Shown: positions 24,554-32,907 of the stretch, piece by piece | Numbering within the stretch: position 1 is the stretch's first letter | How the letters are laid out: each line of letters begins with the position of its first letter | Source: an uncultured Gammaproteobacteria bacterium | GTDB taxonomy: Bacteria; Pseudomonadota; Gammaproteobacteria; Tethybacterales; Tethybacteraceae | Assembly: GCA_964509765.1 (NCBI GenBank) | Contig: CAZDYI010000105.1 | Span: 1,999-65,998 of the forward strand | Length of the DNA stretch: 64,000 nt | Reading direction: 5' to 3' | The notes under the pieces: generated by a model | The model's database searches: none | Seen by the model: only the letters and a program-made list of their open reading frames with translations | Told to the model about the DNA's origin: nothing | Made by a program: the position numbers and the translations under genes

Positions 24554-26146
24554 CTAGTACCAGCTGCCAAACCAGCGAAACAATCTGCCAGCCAAAGGAG
24601 CTGTCCAAGAAATGATACGCATAACCGTAGCATCTTTGTTTCCGAACAGCTTCAAACACACCTCCCTCATTGGCAAGTCTCCCTCAACTGGTTCGTCGCG
24701 GGTTGCTCCGTGCTTTATCAGCAAATCCTCGGTTGAATTATTCCGGAGGCATTCCGTATATTCCAATGCTGACTTGCCGACATAGTTTCTGACGCTCACG
24801 TTTGCGCCGTTTTCGATCAGCATAGATGCAGTCCTGTCATAGCCATAGAACGCTGCGTAGTGCAACGGTGTTGATCCGGTCACGTCCCTGGAATTTGGAT
24901 CAGCTCCGTATTCAAGCATTCTTCTCACTCTGTCCACATCGTTGAACTGATCAACGGCAAGGTGAAGAATAGTCGCATCATTGGAAAGCTTCGCATTCAA
25001 GTCTGCACCACCTTCCACCAATGCAGCCACAATGTCAGGATCGCCTGTAAGGGGCCGAAGGGAAAAAAACAACGGAGTCTGACGCCGATCTAATTTACCT
25101 GGCTCAGTCTGTTTAATTCCTAGGCTTGGCGGTACAAGTCTTACGACGCGGCTAGCCGAGAATGTCAAGGGTGCGGCAGAAATTTTCCCGACCTCAGTTT
25201 TGATCTTGCGGTCAGGATCCGCCCCGGCGTCCATCAATCTTGATGCAACGGCTGGATATTTTCCCATCACTGCATATTGCAATGGCGTGTATCCATACCC
25301 GTTCACCTCGTCAACGTCTGTAATCCCTGAATCAAGCAACAAAGAAACCACCTCATCTTGGCCGTGAGACGCCGCGATATGAAGAGGAGTTGACTTGACC
25401 CTGCCTTCGTGCTCGGGGTCCGCGCCCTCAGCCAGCAATAACTTGATCACCTCGACATTGCCGAATTGTGAAGCCGGGTACATCGGAGAAATCGCCGGGT
25501 GAAGCCCGCCTACCCTGCCATCGACATCAGCTCCTTCGGACAGCAATACACCAGCGGCATCAACATGATTGTTCCATGCAGCCGCAAACAGCGGCGTTCT
25601 TCCATCCTCGTGAACTCCGTTTACACTCGCTCCAGCATCAATCAGAAATTTCACAAGATCCGCGTTACCTGAATCTGCCGCTTTGAACAATGGCGTGTCC
25701 CTGTTGTGGTCAACCTTGTCCGCATCTGCGCCAGCATCGATTAATTCTTCAACAATATCGAGATGTCCATGGAACGCAGCAGCATGCAAAGGTGTCTGAC
25801 CGCGATTTGTCAGACTGTCAACAGTTGCTCCAGCATCAAGCAAAATCCTCACAGATTCAACTGACCCCGATGATGCGGCTTCATGGAGCGGGGTCAGGCC
25901 ATAAATGCTGTCTGAAGCATCTATGTCCTCACCCGCAGCAATCAGTTTTGAGACTCTCTGGGCGTCCCCCTCCCTCGATGCAACGTTCAAGGGCAAGGAA
26001 ATGTCCGACAGCTTCTTTTCAACCCAGGCCGCAGAGTCATCCACTAAGTCAGAAACTGTCTGGCTCAGGAACAGAGCCAGCAATGTCGGGAAAGCCATCA
26101 TTGCCACTGACGCCGCAGTCCACCGAACCACGTTCACTGCTCTCAT
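24554..26146 (-). CDS. Ankyrin-repeat protein (~12 repeats) with N-terminal membrane anchor/signal
   Basis: 530 aa. N-terminal hydrophobic segment AASVAMMAFPTLLALFLS, then tandem 33-aa ANK units (G-TPLH-AA--G----V--LL--GA), for example GLTPLHEAASSGSVESVRILLDAGATV and GQTPLHAAAFHGHLDIVEELIDAGADA. The repeats form two blocks split by a ~30-aa linker. Aromatic C-terminal tail RLFRWFGSWY. Confidence 0.9.
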   Translation of the reverse strand: MRAVNVVRWTAASVAMMAFPTLLALFLSQTVSDLVDDSAAWVEKKLSDISLPLNVASREGDAQRVSKLIAAGEDIDASDSIYGLTPLHEAASSGSVESVRILLDAGATVDSLTNRGQTPLHAAAFHGHLDIVEELIDAGADADKVDHNRDTPLFKAADSGNADLVKFLIDAGASVNGVHEDGRTPLFAAAWNNHVDAAGVLLSEGADVDGRVGGLHPAISPMYPASQFGNVEVIKLLLAEGADPEHEGRVKSTPLHIAASHGQDEVVSLLLDSGITDVDEVNGYGYTPLQYAVMGKYPAVASRLMDAGADPDRKIKTEVGKISAAPLTFSASRVVRLVPPSLGIKQTEPGKLDRRQTPLFFSLRPLTGDPDIVAALVEGGADLNAKLSNDATILHLAVDQFNDVDRVRRMLEYGADPNSRDVTGSTPLHYAAFYGYDRTASMLIENGANVSVRNYVGKSALEYTECLRNNSTEDLLIKHGATRDEPVEGDLPMREVCLKLFGNKDATVMRIISWTAPLAGRLFRWFGSWY

Positions 26147-26187
26147 CGTATCCAGATTTTATCTGTTGGCTGTTGCTCGATTTCAGC

Positions 26188-26205
26188 ATGCAGGAGCTCA
26201 TGCAT
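26188..26205. promoter_or_regulatory. 18-bp near-palindrome ATGCAgGAGCTCaTGCAT in the divergent ANK/DUF898 intergenic region
   Basis: 16 of 18 positions are self-complementary, centred on GAGCTC, in the 115-bp spacer between the two divergent start codons. Confidence 0.35.
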
Positions 26206-26261
26206 TCGTGAGTGCGTTCTGAATTACCGGTTATTGAAATGCGATAATACCAATTGACTCG

Positions 26262-27494
26262 ATGTCACAAGACAGTTCAATTGCCCTCGCTCCAGCGGCT
26301 GAAGTCCGCGAAGTTGGCGAGCATGCCAACACATTCAAAGAGGCCTTGGCTGAAGCCAACGGCACAGGCGAAACTCTCCCCCTGCGTTTTTCCTTCAAGG
26401 GGGCAACATCGGATTACTTCAGGATTTTCTACGTAAACCTGTTTCTGACGCTGGTCACTTTAGGAATATATTCGGCTTGGGCCAAAGTCCGCAGCAGGAA
26501 GTTTTTCTATGGCAACCTTTACCTAGGCGGACACAACATGGATTTCGACGCTCGTCCACTGTCAATCCTCACCGCGCGAATCATTGTTGTAGTGGCAATT
26601 GCCGCATTGCTGTTCAGCGAGGACCTACTGGCCCTTGTCTGGGAAGGTATCGGCGCGATGACTCTGTTGTTGCTGTTTCTGATTCCTTTCGCTTTGGTCC
26701 GCGGGCGCTCATTCAACGCCCGTCACACAGTCCACCGATCAGTACGCTTCAGGTATGTCAAGAACTACAGGCCCTCGTATTGGCTGTATATCCTGTACTA
26801 CCTGTTTGCCTGGATAATTCTGACAGTGTCTTACTCGCGGCAGCAGTTTGACGAATCAAACCAATTTCTGAATTTGTTGTATTGGCTAGCTCTTGCTTAC
26901 TGGATTCTGCTTTTTCCCTTCTATCATTACATGCGTCACAAAATCCTTGTCAACCAATTCTGTTTCGGCAAGCTCGAAATGACATACCATGCACGAGCAA
27001 GGAGTTACTACAGGCACTTATTCGCAACATTGCTCTGGTCCGCTCCTGCTTTTTTTCTGATTGTAATTGCTTGGTTCGCCGTGACGCTTTCGTTCGAGCC
27101 TACAGAATTCAGGCGTTTGCTTGCTGTGCTGGCAATTCCGTTGCTGGGTCTGTTTCTGATAATGTCTACCATCGGAGCGTATCGCTCACGAATACTTCCG
27201 CTCTTTTACTCTTCCATAAGGCTGAGCGACGGAAGCACCTTGTTGTGCTCGATGAATTCCAGAACGTACCTGTACAAGTATTTCGTGGTCAACTTGTTTG
27301 TGGTCTTCATGTCGCTTGGAATATTATTGCCATGGGCCAGGGTGCGCTCATGGCGGTACGTAACGGAGAGCCTGTCAATAATTCCCTCTTCCGAGACCGC
27401 AGCAATCCTTGCGTCGAAACAAGAGTCGCTCGGGCCGCTCGGAGAGGAGTTTACAGATGTCCAAGATTTCGATTTGGACTTTGGATTCATCTGA
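26262..27494 (+). CDS. DUF898/YjgN-family polytopic inner-membrane protein
   Basis: 410 aa. The N-terminal signature GATSDYFRIFYVNLFLTLVTLGIYSAWAKVRSRKFFY recurs near the C-terminus (YLYKYFVVNLFVVFMSLGILLPWARVRSWRY), the typical DUF898 internal duplication. About 8 TM segments. Confidence 0.85.
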   Translation: MSQDSSIALAPAAEVREVGEHANTFKEALAEANGTGETLPLRFSFKGATSDYFRIFYVNLFLTLVTLGIYSAWAKVRSRKFFYGNLYLGGHNMDFDARPLSILTARIIVVVAIAALLFSEDLLALVWEGIGAMTLLLLFLIPFALVRGRSFNARHTVHRSVRFRYVKNYRPSYWLYILYYLFAWIILTVSYSRQQFDESNQFLNLLYWLALAYWILLFPFYHYMRHKILVNQFCFGKLEMTYHARARSYYRHLFATLLWSAPAFFLIVIAWFAVTLSFEPTEFRRLLAVLAIPLLGLFLIMSTIGAYRSRILPLFYSSIRLSDGSTLLCSMNSRTYLYKYFVVNLFVVFMSLGILLPWARVRSWRYVTESLSIIPSSETAAILASKQESLGPLGEEFTDVQDFDLDFGFI

Positions 27495-27595
27495 TCACCG
27501 ATGAAACTCAGTGATGTAGGCGAATCACATGTTCATTCGTAAAACTGAATTGAAGATTTTGTTCGAGCAATGCTATTTCTGTGATCTGGTTACGT

Positions 27596-28504
27596 TTAAG
27601 AAACAGAAAGGACTCCAATTGAATCAGCGTTAGACAAGCTGTGGCAACTGCCGGGTTCAATGATCCGCCTGTTGAGGGCATGAAGCACCCCTGACGGGCC
27701 GCACTCAGCAATGCTATCCGAACTGCTGGCCATGGCGTTGACGCATACAACCCAGTTCACCGGCTCGGTCAACTGCGCGACGAGATTCTTCCTGATTGCA
27801 TCCGGTTCGCGCGCGGCGACTCCGGTTGCGTTTTGCACGACCGGAATGCCGCACTCGAGAACTTCAAAGACTTCAAGTTCCTTTTGAAGCGCGTCTGCCG
27901 CCGGTTGCATCAGCGGACAGTGCGACGGAACCTCCACCGCAAGCGGCACGGCCCTCTTGGCCCCCTCTTCCCTGCACCGATCGGCCGCAACGTCAACCTT
28001 CTCGGCAAGGCCTGAGATCACCACCTGGCCGGGTGCGTTGATGTTTGCAGGCCACGCGCCCTCGCCGACTTCGTCGCAAGCTTTTTTCACCTGTCCTTCA
28101 TCGAGGCCGAGTATCGCCGTCATCCTTCCGACTCCCTTGGGCACGGCCTCCAGCATGGCGTCGGCGCGCTTGCGAACCAGCCGGACAGCATCGGCGAAGC
28201 CGAGCGCGCCCGCGCAGACCAAGGCGGAGTACTCACCGAGGCTGTGACCTGCCATGACCGTCGGCTTCGGGCCGCCGGCTTCGATCCACGCCCTGTATGT
28301 TCCGACCCCCGCTGCAAGCAGCGCCGGCTGCGCGTTGCGCGTCTCGTTGATCCCGTCGCCCTCGCTGATTCCGACGAGGTCCTCGCCGAGAACCTCCGAA
28401 GCCTCCTTTGCCGCCGCGACGACCTGCTCCGGCACGCCTGCGGCAGAAAACATCCCCTTTTTCTGCGAGCCCTGCCCTGGAAAGGCAAAGGCCCACCCGG
28501 TCAC
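27596..28504 (-). CDS. fabD: Malonyl-CoA:ACP transacylase
   Basis: 302 aa from GTG 28502-28504 (WAFAFPGQGSQ, GHSLGEYSALV, ECGPSGVL). GTGA overlap with the fabH stop. The track ORF is longer because of read-through. Confidence 0.92.
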   Translation of the reverse strand: MTGWAFAFPGQGSQKKGMFSAAGVPEQVVAAAKEASEVLGEDLVGISEGDGINETRNAQPALLAAGVGTYRAWIEAGGPKPTVMAGHSLGEYSALVCAGALGFADAVRLVRKRADAMLEAVPKGVGRMTAILGLDEGQVKKACDEVGEGAWPANINAPGQVVISGLAEKVDVAADRCREEGAKRAVPLAVEVPSHCPLMQPAADALQKELEVFEVLECGIPVVQNATGVAAREPDAIRKNLVAQLTEPVNWVVCVNAMASSSDSIAECGPSGVLHALNRRIIEPGSCHSLSNADSIGVLSVS

Positions 28505-29454
28505 GCCCGCCACAGCGCCGACCCCCACGTAAGGCCGCCGCCGACCGCCGACAGCATCACCCACTCTCCCGGCTTGATCCGCTCCCAGATGCTCTCGAGC
28601 GCAAGGGGAACCGACGCCGCGGACGTGTTCGCGTGGTCTGTGACAGTTCGGACGACCTTCTCCTGGTCCACGCCCATCCGCGATGCAAGCGTGTCCAGGA
28701 TCCGCAGGTTCGCCTGGTGCGGAACCAGCCAGTCGATGTCGGAAACCTCGATGCCCGCCTCCTCGCACGCCTTCCTGGCGGAGCGCTCCATCGCGGATAT
28801 GGCAAGCTTGTACACCTTCGGCCCGTCCATGCGGAAGAAGCCGTCGCCGACTATCTCGTTCTTGGCAACGTGCCCCTTCATCGTGATCACGTCGGCCAGG
28901 CTTCCGTCGGCGCCGAGGTTCACCGCGGCGATTCCTGGCTTGTCGCTAGCGGCGATCACTGCGGCGCCGGCCCCGTCGCCGAACAGGATGCATGTCGAGC
29001 GGTCGTCGAAGTCGAGCACCCGCGAGTAGATCTCCGCGCCGACGAGAAGAATCCGTTCGTACTTCTCCGACCTGACCAGCGCGTCAGCGAGCTCAAGCCC
29101 GTACAAAAACCCGCTGCAAACCGCCTGCACGTCGAGCGCCGGGCACCCGTCCGATCCGAGCATCCCCTGCAGCAGGCATGCGGTAGAGGGCATGAAGCGG
29201 TCGGGAGTAGTCGTTGCAAACAGGATCAGGTCAACGTCCGCGGCCTTCATCCCGGCCATCTCCATCGCGCCCTGCGCCGCAGGCAGGGCAAGCTCGGCAA
29301 CCTGCGTGCCGGGCTCGACGAACCTGCGGGTCTTGATCCCTGTCCTAGACGAGATCCACTCCTCGCTCGTGTCGAGGTATTCCGAGAAGAAGTCGTTCCC
29401 CACCACCCTCTCCGGCAGGGAGGTCCCGATGCCGGTTATGGTGGAGTGGGTCAA
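28501..29454 (-). CDS. fabH: 3-oxoacyl-ACP synthase III
   Basis: 317 aa from TTG 29452-29454 (ITGIGTSLPERVVGNDFF, active-site ACSGF, PHQANLRI, GGGLTWG). TTGA overlap with the plsX stop. Confidence 0.92.
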   Translation of the reverse strand: MTHSTITGIGTSLPERVVGNDFFSEYLDTSEEWISSRTGIKTRRFVEPGTQVAELALPAAQGAMEMAGMKAADVDLILFATTTPDRFMPSTACLLQGMLGSDGCPALDVQAVCSGFLYGLELADALVRSEKYERILLVGAEIYSRVLDFDDRSTCILFGDGAGAAVIAASDKPGIAAVNLGADGSLADVITMKGHVAKNEIVGDGFFRMDGPKVYKLAISAMERSARKACEEAGIEVSDIDWLVPHQANLRILDTLASRMGVDQEKVVRTVTDHANTSAASVPLALESIWERIKPGEWVMLSAVGGGLTWGSALWRA

Positions 29455-30443
29455 GTGCGGTTGTGTTCCTGCTCGTCGATCATCCGGACGAGGTCCATGC
29501 GCGCCTGCTTTGCGGTGAACTCGATCGCGCTCTGGAAGGCGAGCTCGTCCGCGTTGCCGTGGCTCTTGACGAGCAGCCCGCGCAGGCCGAGGATCGCGGC
29601 GCCGTTGTAGCGCCTCGAGTCCATGTCGCGGCGGAGGCCGTTGAGCACGGGCGACGAGGCGAGCGCGCCGATCTTGGTGACGATGTTCCTCGAGTACGCG
29701 TCGCTGAGCATGCCCTTGATCATGCCGGCGAGCCCCTCCATGGTCTTGAGGAACACGTTGCCCGTGAACCCGTCGCAGATCACCACGTCGGCTGCGTGGT
29801 CGTAGATGGAGTTGGCCTCGACGTTGCCGATGAAGTTGAGCTTCGACCTCGACAGCATCTCGCCGGCGTCCTTGATCTCCTTGTCGCCCTTGATGTGCTC
29901 CTTGCCGATGTTGAGCAGCGCGACCGACGGGCTTTCCTTGCCCGTCACGGCGCGGAACAGCGCGTCGCCGAGGTGGGCGAAGGCTACGAGCATGTCCGCG
30001 CTCCGGTCGACGTTCGCCCCGAGGTCGAGCATGCAGAACGAAGAGTTGCAGCGCTCGCACGGGACAAAGCCGCCGATCGCAGGCCGGTGGTGGCCGTCGA
30101 TCATCTTGAGCTGGATGCGCCCCATGCCGATCAGCGCGCCTGTGTTGCCCGGGCTCACCGCGGCCTGGACCTCGCCGTTTGCCACGGCGCGGATCGCCTT
30201 GAACATCGAGCTCTCCCGGCGGCGGAGGACCTTCAGCGGCTCGTCGTCCATCGAGACCACTTCCTTCGCCTCGAGTATGCCTATCCTTTCCGACCCGTCA
30301 ACGAGCGGCTCGAGCGCCTCTTTCGCCCCGACCGCCACGAGTTCCAGGTCGGGATCGGCCGCGACGGCGGCCCTCATTGCCGCGACTGCGACGCCTGGGC
30401 CGCGATCGCCGCTCATCGCGTCAATCGCGACTTTCGTCGGCAT
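29451..30443 (-). CDS. plsX: Phosphate acyltransferase PlsX
   Basis: 330 aa (VAIDAMSGDRGP.., GNTGAL, GLLVKSHG). Follows rpmF. Confidence 0.93.
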   Translation of the reverse strand: MPTKVAIDAMSGDRGPGVAVAAMRAAVAADPDLELVAVGAKEALEPLVDGSERIGILEAKEVVSMDDEPLKVLRRRESSMFKAIRAVANGEVQAAVSPGNTGALIGMGRIQLKMIDGHHRPAIGGFVPCERCNSSFCMLDLGANVDRSADMLVAFAHLGDALFRAVTGKESPSVALLNIGKEHIKGDKEIKDAGEMLSRSKLNFIGNVEANSIYDHAADVVICDGFTGNVFLKTMEGLAGMIKGMLSDAYSRNIVTKIGALASSPVLNGLRRDMDSRRYNGAAILGLRGLLVKSHGNADELAFQSAIEFTAKQARMDLVRMIDEQEHNRT

Positions 30444-30482
30444 CTGGCCTAGCCGGGCGGCGTCAGCCGGCCCGGCCTGGGA

Positions 30483-30698
30483 TCATTCCTCGTCCGGGCC
30501 AACCAGGTCGGTCTTGGGCAGGAAGTACCTCACGCCGCGATAGACCCCGTCGGCGCCGAGGTGATGGCGCCTGCGAAATGAGCCGCGGACCCTGCCCTTG
30601 CCGCCTGCGTCCGAGCAGAGCTCCGGCAGCGCGAGGCGCGCCCGGGCGCGCAGCATCCGCGTCCTCGAGGCGGACTTCTTGTTCTGGGGTACTGCCAT
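30483..30698 (-). CDS. rpmF: 50S ribosomal protein L32
   Basis: 71 aa starting MAVPQNKKSASRTRMLRA. SD-like AAGGGA lies upstream. Confidence 0.93.
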   Translation of the reverse strand: MAVPQNKKSASRTRMLRARARLALPELCSDAGGKGRVRGSFRRRHHLGADGVYRGVRYFLPKTDLVGPDEE

Positions 30699-30754
30699 TT
30701 CCGTTCCCTTGGTTTAGCCGTGCAACGGCCGAAGGCCGCTGCCACAGGGCGGGG

Positions 30755-30760
30755 ATTCTA
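30755..30760 (-). promoter_or_regulatory. -10-like TAGAAT box upstream of rpmF (TTAGAATCCCCGCCC)
   Basis: Located in the 86-nt selU-rpmF spacer. Followed by a GC-rich discriminator, a small hairpin CGGCC-TTC-GGCCG and an SD. Confidence 0.4.
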
Positions 30761-30784
30761 ACCGAATCGCCCCCTGGGGTCCGC

Positions 30785-31813
30785 TCAGCCGACAGACGCC
30801 CGCAGCTCGGCGGCGGCGGCGCCCAGGGAGGCTTCGTCGCACGGGTCCACCCGCACCGCAAGGTCCGGGATCTTATCCCCGTAGCCGCGCCGCAGCGACC
30901 TTGCGTAGCTCGGGTCGTAGTGGTGCTCGAGCATCGACTTCGCAAGGTCGACGTACCTGCCCTCCTCGAGCATCGCGTTCCACTCGGAAACGCGCTCGCG
31001 CCCGACAAGCCTGACCAGGCCCTCGGCGACCTCGCGGAACAGCCCGGGGTCGCGGAAGCTGCCGTAGTCCCGCGCGGTGAGCCTGGCCCTGTCGGAGACG
31101 TCCGCGTCAACGTCAACGATCCTGCCGCCCCTCATGGCCTTCACGACCTCGGCCGGCACGCGCAGCCTGCCGACCATCCTGCTTTCGGACTCGACGAACA
31201 CGGGCCTTGACGGGTCCATGGCCGACAGCTCGGCGAGGACCTTGCTCTCGAACATCCGCTGAGTCGGCTGCGGCCCGAGCGAGCCGAACAGCGAGCCGCG
31301 GTGGTTGGCAAGGGCCTCGAGGTCGAGGCACTGCGACCCCGCGGCGGAAAGGGCCGCGAGCAGCAGGGTCTTGCCGGCGCCCGTCGGCCCGCGCAGCACG
31401 ACCCATCCCAGGCGGCCGGGCAGATCCTCGAGTCCTGCGATAACATGCCTGCGGTAGGCCTTGTAGCCCCCAGGCAAGGCCTCGGCGCGCCAGCCGACCT
31501 TGCGCATGACGGTGACCAGGCTTTCCGAGCGCATCCCTCCACGCCAGCAGTAGACAAGCGGCTTCCAGCTGCGGTCCTTGTCCCGCAGGAAACCCTCGGC
31601 CATCCTCGCCACGTTGCCCGCGACCAGCCCCATCCCGAGCCTGCGCGCCGCGAAGGAGTCGCTCTTGTGCAGCAGCCCGACCTCGTGCCGCTGCGCGTCG
31701 GTCAGCACCGGCAGGTTCACCGCTCCGGGGATGCGGTCCGCGGCGTATTCCGATTCCGAGCGGACGTCGATAATGTCGGAATGCTCCGGAAGGCTGTTAA
31801 ACTTGAATGCCAC
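30785..31813 (-). CDS. selU: tRNA 2-selenouridine synthase (SelU/MnmH)
   Basis: 342 aa from GTG 31811-31813. Rhodanese domain with CWRGGMRS active-site loop, then P-loop GPTGAGKT. The 680-aa track ORF was trimmed. Confidence 0.88.
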   Translation of the reverse strand: MAFKFNSLPEHSDIIDVRSESEYAADRIPGAVNLPVLTDAQRHEVGLLHKSDSFAARRLGMGLVAGNVARMAEGFLRDKDRSWKPLVYCWRGGMRSESLVTVMRKVGWRAEALPGGYKAYRRHVIAGLEDLPGRLGWVVLRGPTGAGKTLLLAALSAAGSQCLDLEALANHRGSLFGSLGPQPTQRMFESKVLAELSAMDPSRPVFVESESRMVGRLRVPAEVVKAMRGGRIVDVDADVSDRARLTARDYGSFRDPGLFREVAEGLVRLVGRERVSEWNAMLEEGRYVDLAKSMLEHHYDPSYARSLRRGYGDKIPDLAVRVDPCDEASLGAAAAELRASVG

Positions 31814-31820
31814 GCTTGAG

Positions 31821-31826
31821 ATTATG
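31821..31826 (-). promoter_or_regulatory. -10-like CATAAT box 7 nt upstream of the selU GTG (contains the selD ATG on the other strand)
   Basis: Minus strand reads CATAAT-CTCAAGC-GTG. The plus-strand ATG of selD occupies 31824-31826. Confidence 0.3.
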
Positions 31827-32882
31827 CCCGAAGCAGGACTGATGGAGCTGTGCCGCGGCGGCGGCTGCGGGTGCAAGGTGAGCCCCGCGGCGCTGCGCCG
31901 CCTGCTCGGCGGGCGCGAGGCAGGATCGCGCGCGAACGGAAACGGCAGGCTCCTTGTCGGCAACTCCACGAGCGACGACTGCGCCGCCTGGCAGGTGTCC
32001 GACGACGTAGTGATGGTCGGCACAGCCGACTTCTTCATGCCGGTCGTCGACGACCCGCGCGACTTCGGCAGGATCGCCGCGACCAACGCGCTGTCGGACG
32101 TGTACGCGATGGGGGCCGAGCCCTGCTTCGCGCTCGCCCTTGCCGCCGTCCCGCTCGGGAAGGTCTCAGAGGAGACGGCCGCCGGGATACTCGCCGGCGG
32201 CGAGGAGGCCTGTGCCGCCGTCGGCGTGCCCGTCGCTGGCGGGCACACCATCGACTCCTCGGAGCCGATATACGGCCTGTCTGTAAGCGGAACATGCTCG
32301 CCCGCCGAGCTGTGCCGCAACGACACCGCAAGGGCGGGCGACGCGCTGCTGCTCGGCAAGCCGCTCGGGATCGGAATCCTCAGCGCCGCCCTGCGCAAGG
32401 GCAAGCTGGACGAAGGCGGAATGGAGGCGCTGGTCGGGAACACCACCAGGCCGAACCGCGTCGGCAGGCAGCTCGCCACAGCCGGGCTGCCGAGCGCCAT
32501 GACGGACGTCACCGGCTTCGGCGTGCTCGGGCACGTCCTCGAGATGTGCCGCGGCTCGGGCGTTTCCGCCAGGATCAGGTGGGACGACCTGCCGCTGATC
32601 GAGGCCGCTGCCGCCCTCGCCCGGCAGGGAACGGCCACAGGGGCCTCATCCCGGAACTGGGAGTCGTACGGGCAAGAGGCGTCCGTCGACGGCGCCGAGC
32701 CCTGGCAGCGGGACATGCTGACGGATCCGCAGACAAGCGGCGGCCTGCTGGTTGCCTGCCCGACCGACCGCGCCGAAGAGGCCCTCGGCATGTTCAGGGA
32801 GGACGGGCATGGGGACGCGAGGGCCATCGGCGAGATCGTGGAGACCGCAGGCGACGCGCCGGCAGTGGAGATTGTTTTTTGA
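31824..32882 (+). CDS. selD: Selenide, water dikinase (selenophosphate synthetase), Cys-type
   Basis: 352 aa starting MPEAGLMELCRGGGCGCKVSP (the GCGCK motif has Cys, not Sec), with AIR-synthase-like blocks (DDCAAW, DFFMPVVDDP, AATNALSDVYAMG). Confidence 0.92.
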   Translation: MPEAGLMELCRGGGCGCKVSPAALRRLLGGREAGSRANGNGRLLVGNSTSDDCAAWQVSDDVVMVGTADFFMPVVDDPRDFGRIAATNALSDVYAMGAEPCFALALAAVPLGKVSEETAAGILAGGEEACAAVGVPVAGGHTIDSSEPIYGLSVSGTCSPAELCRNDTARAGDALLLGKPLGIGILSAALRKGKLDEGGMEALVGNTTRPNRVGRQLATAGLPSAMTDVTGFGVLGHVLEMCRGSGVSARIRWDDLPLIEAAAALARQGTATGASSRNWESYGQEASVDGAEPWQRDMLTDPQTSGGLLVACPTDRAEEALGMFREDGHGDARAIGEIVETAGDAPAVEIVF

Positions 32883-32907
32883 TGGGGTTTCAGGGAGATA
32901 TGTAGAA

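Larger units (their letters stand above)
24336..27595. other. Low-G+C compositional island (putative horizontally acquired insert) between trpE and fabD
   Basis: Sampled 60-nt lines give 42-48% G+C inside versus about 70% in flanking genes. The left edge coincides exactly with the trpE start codon. No integrase or transposase is present. Confidence 0.75.
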
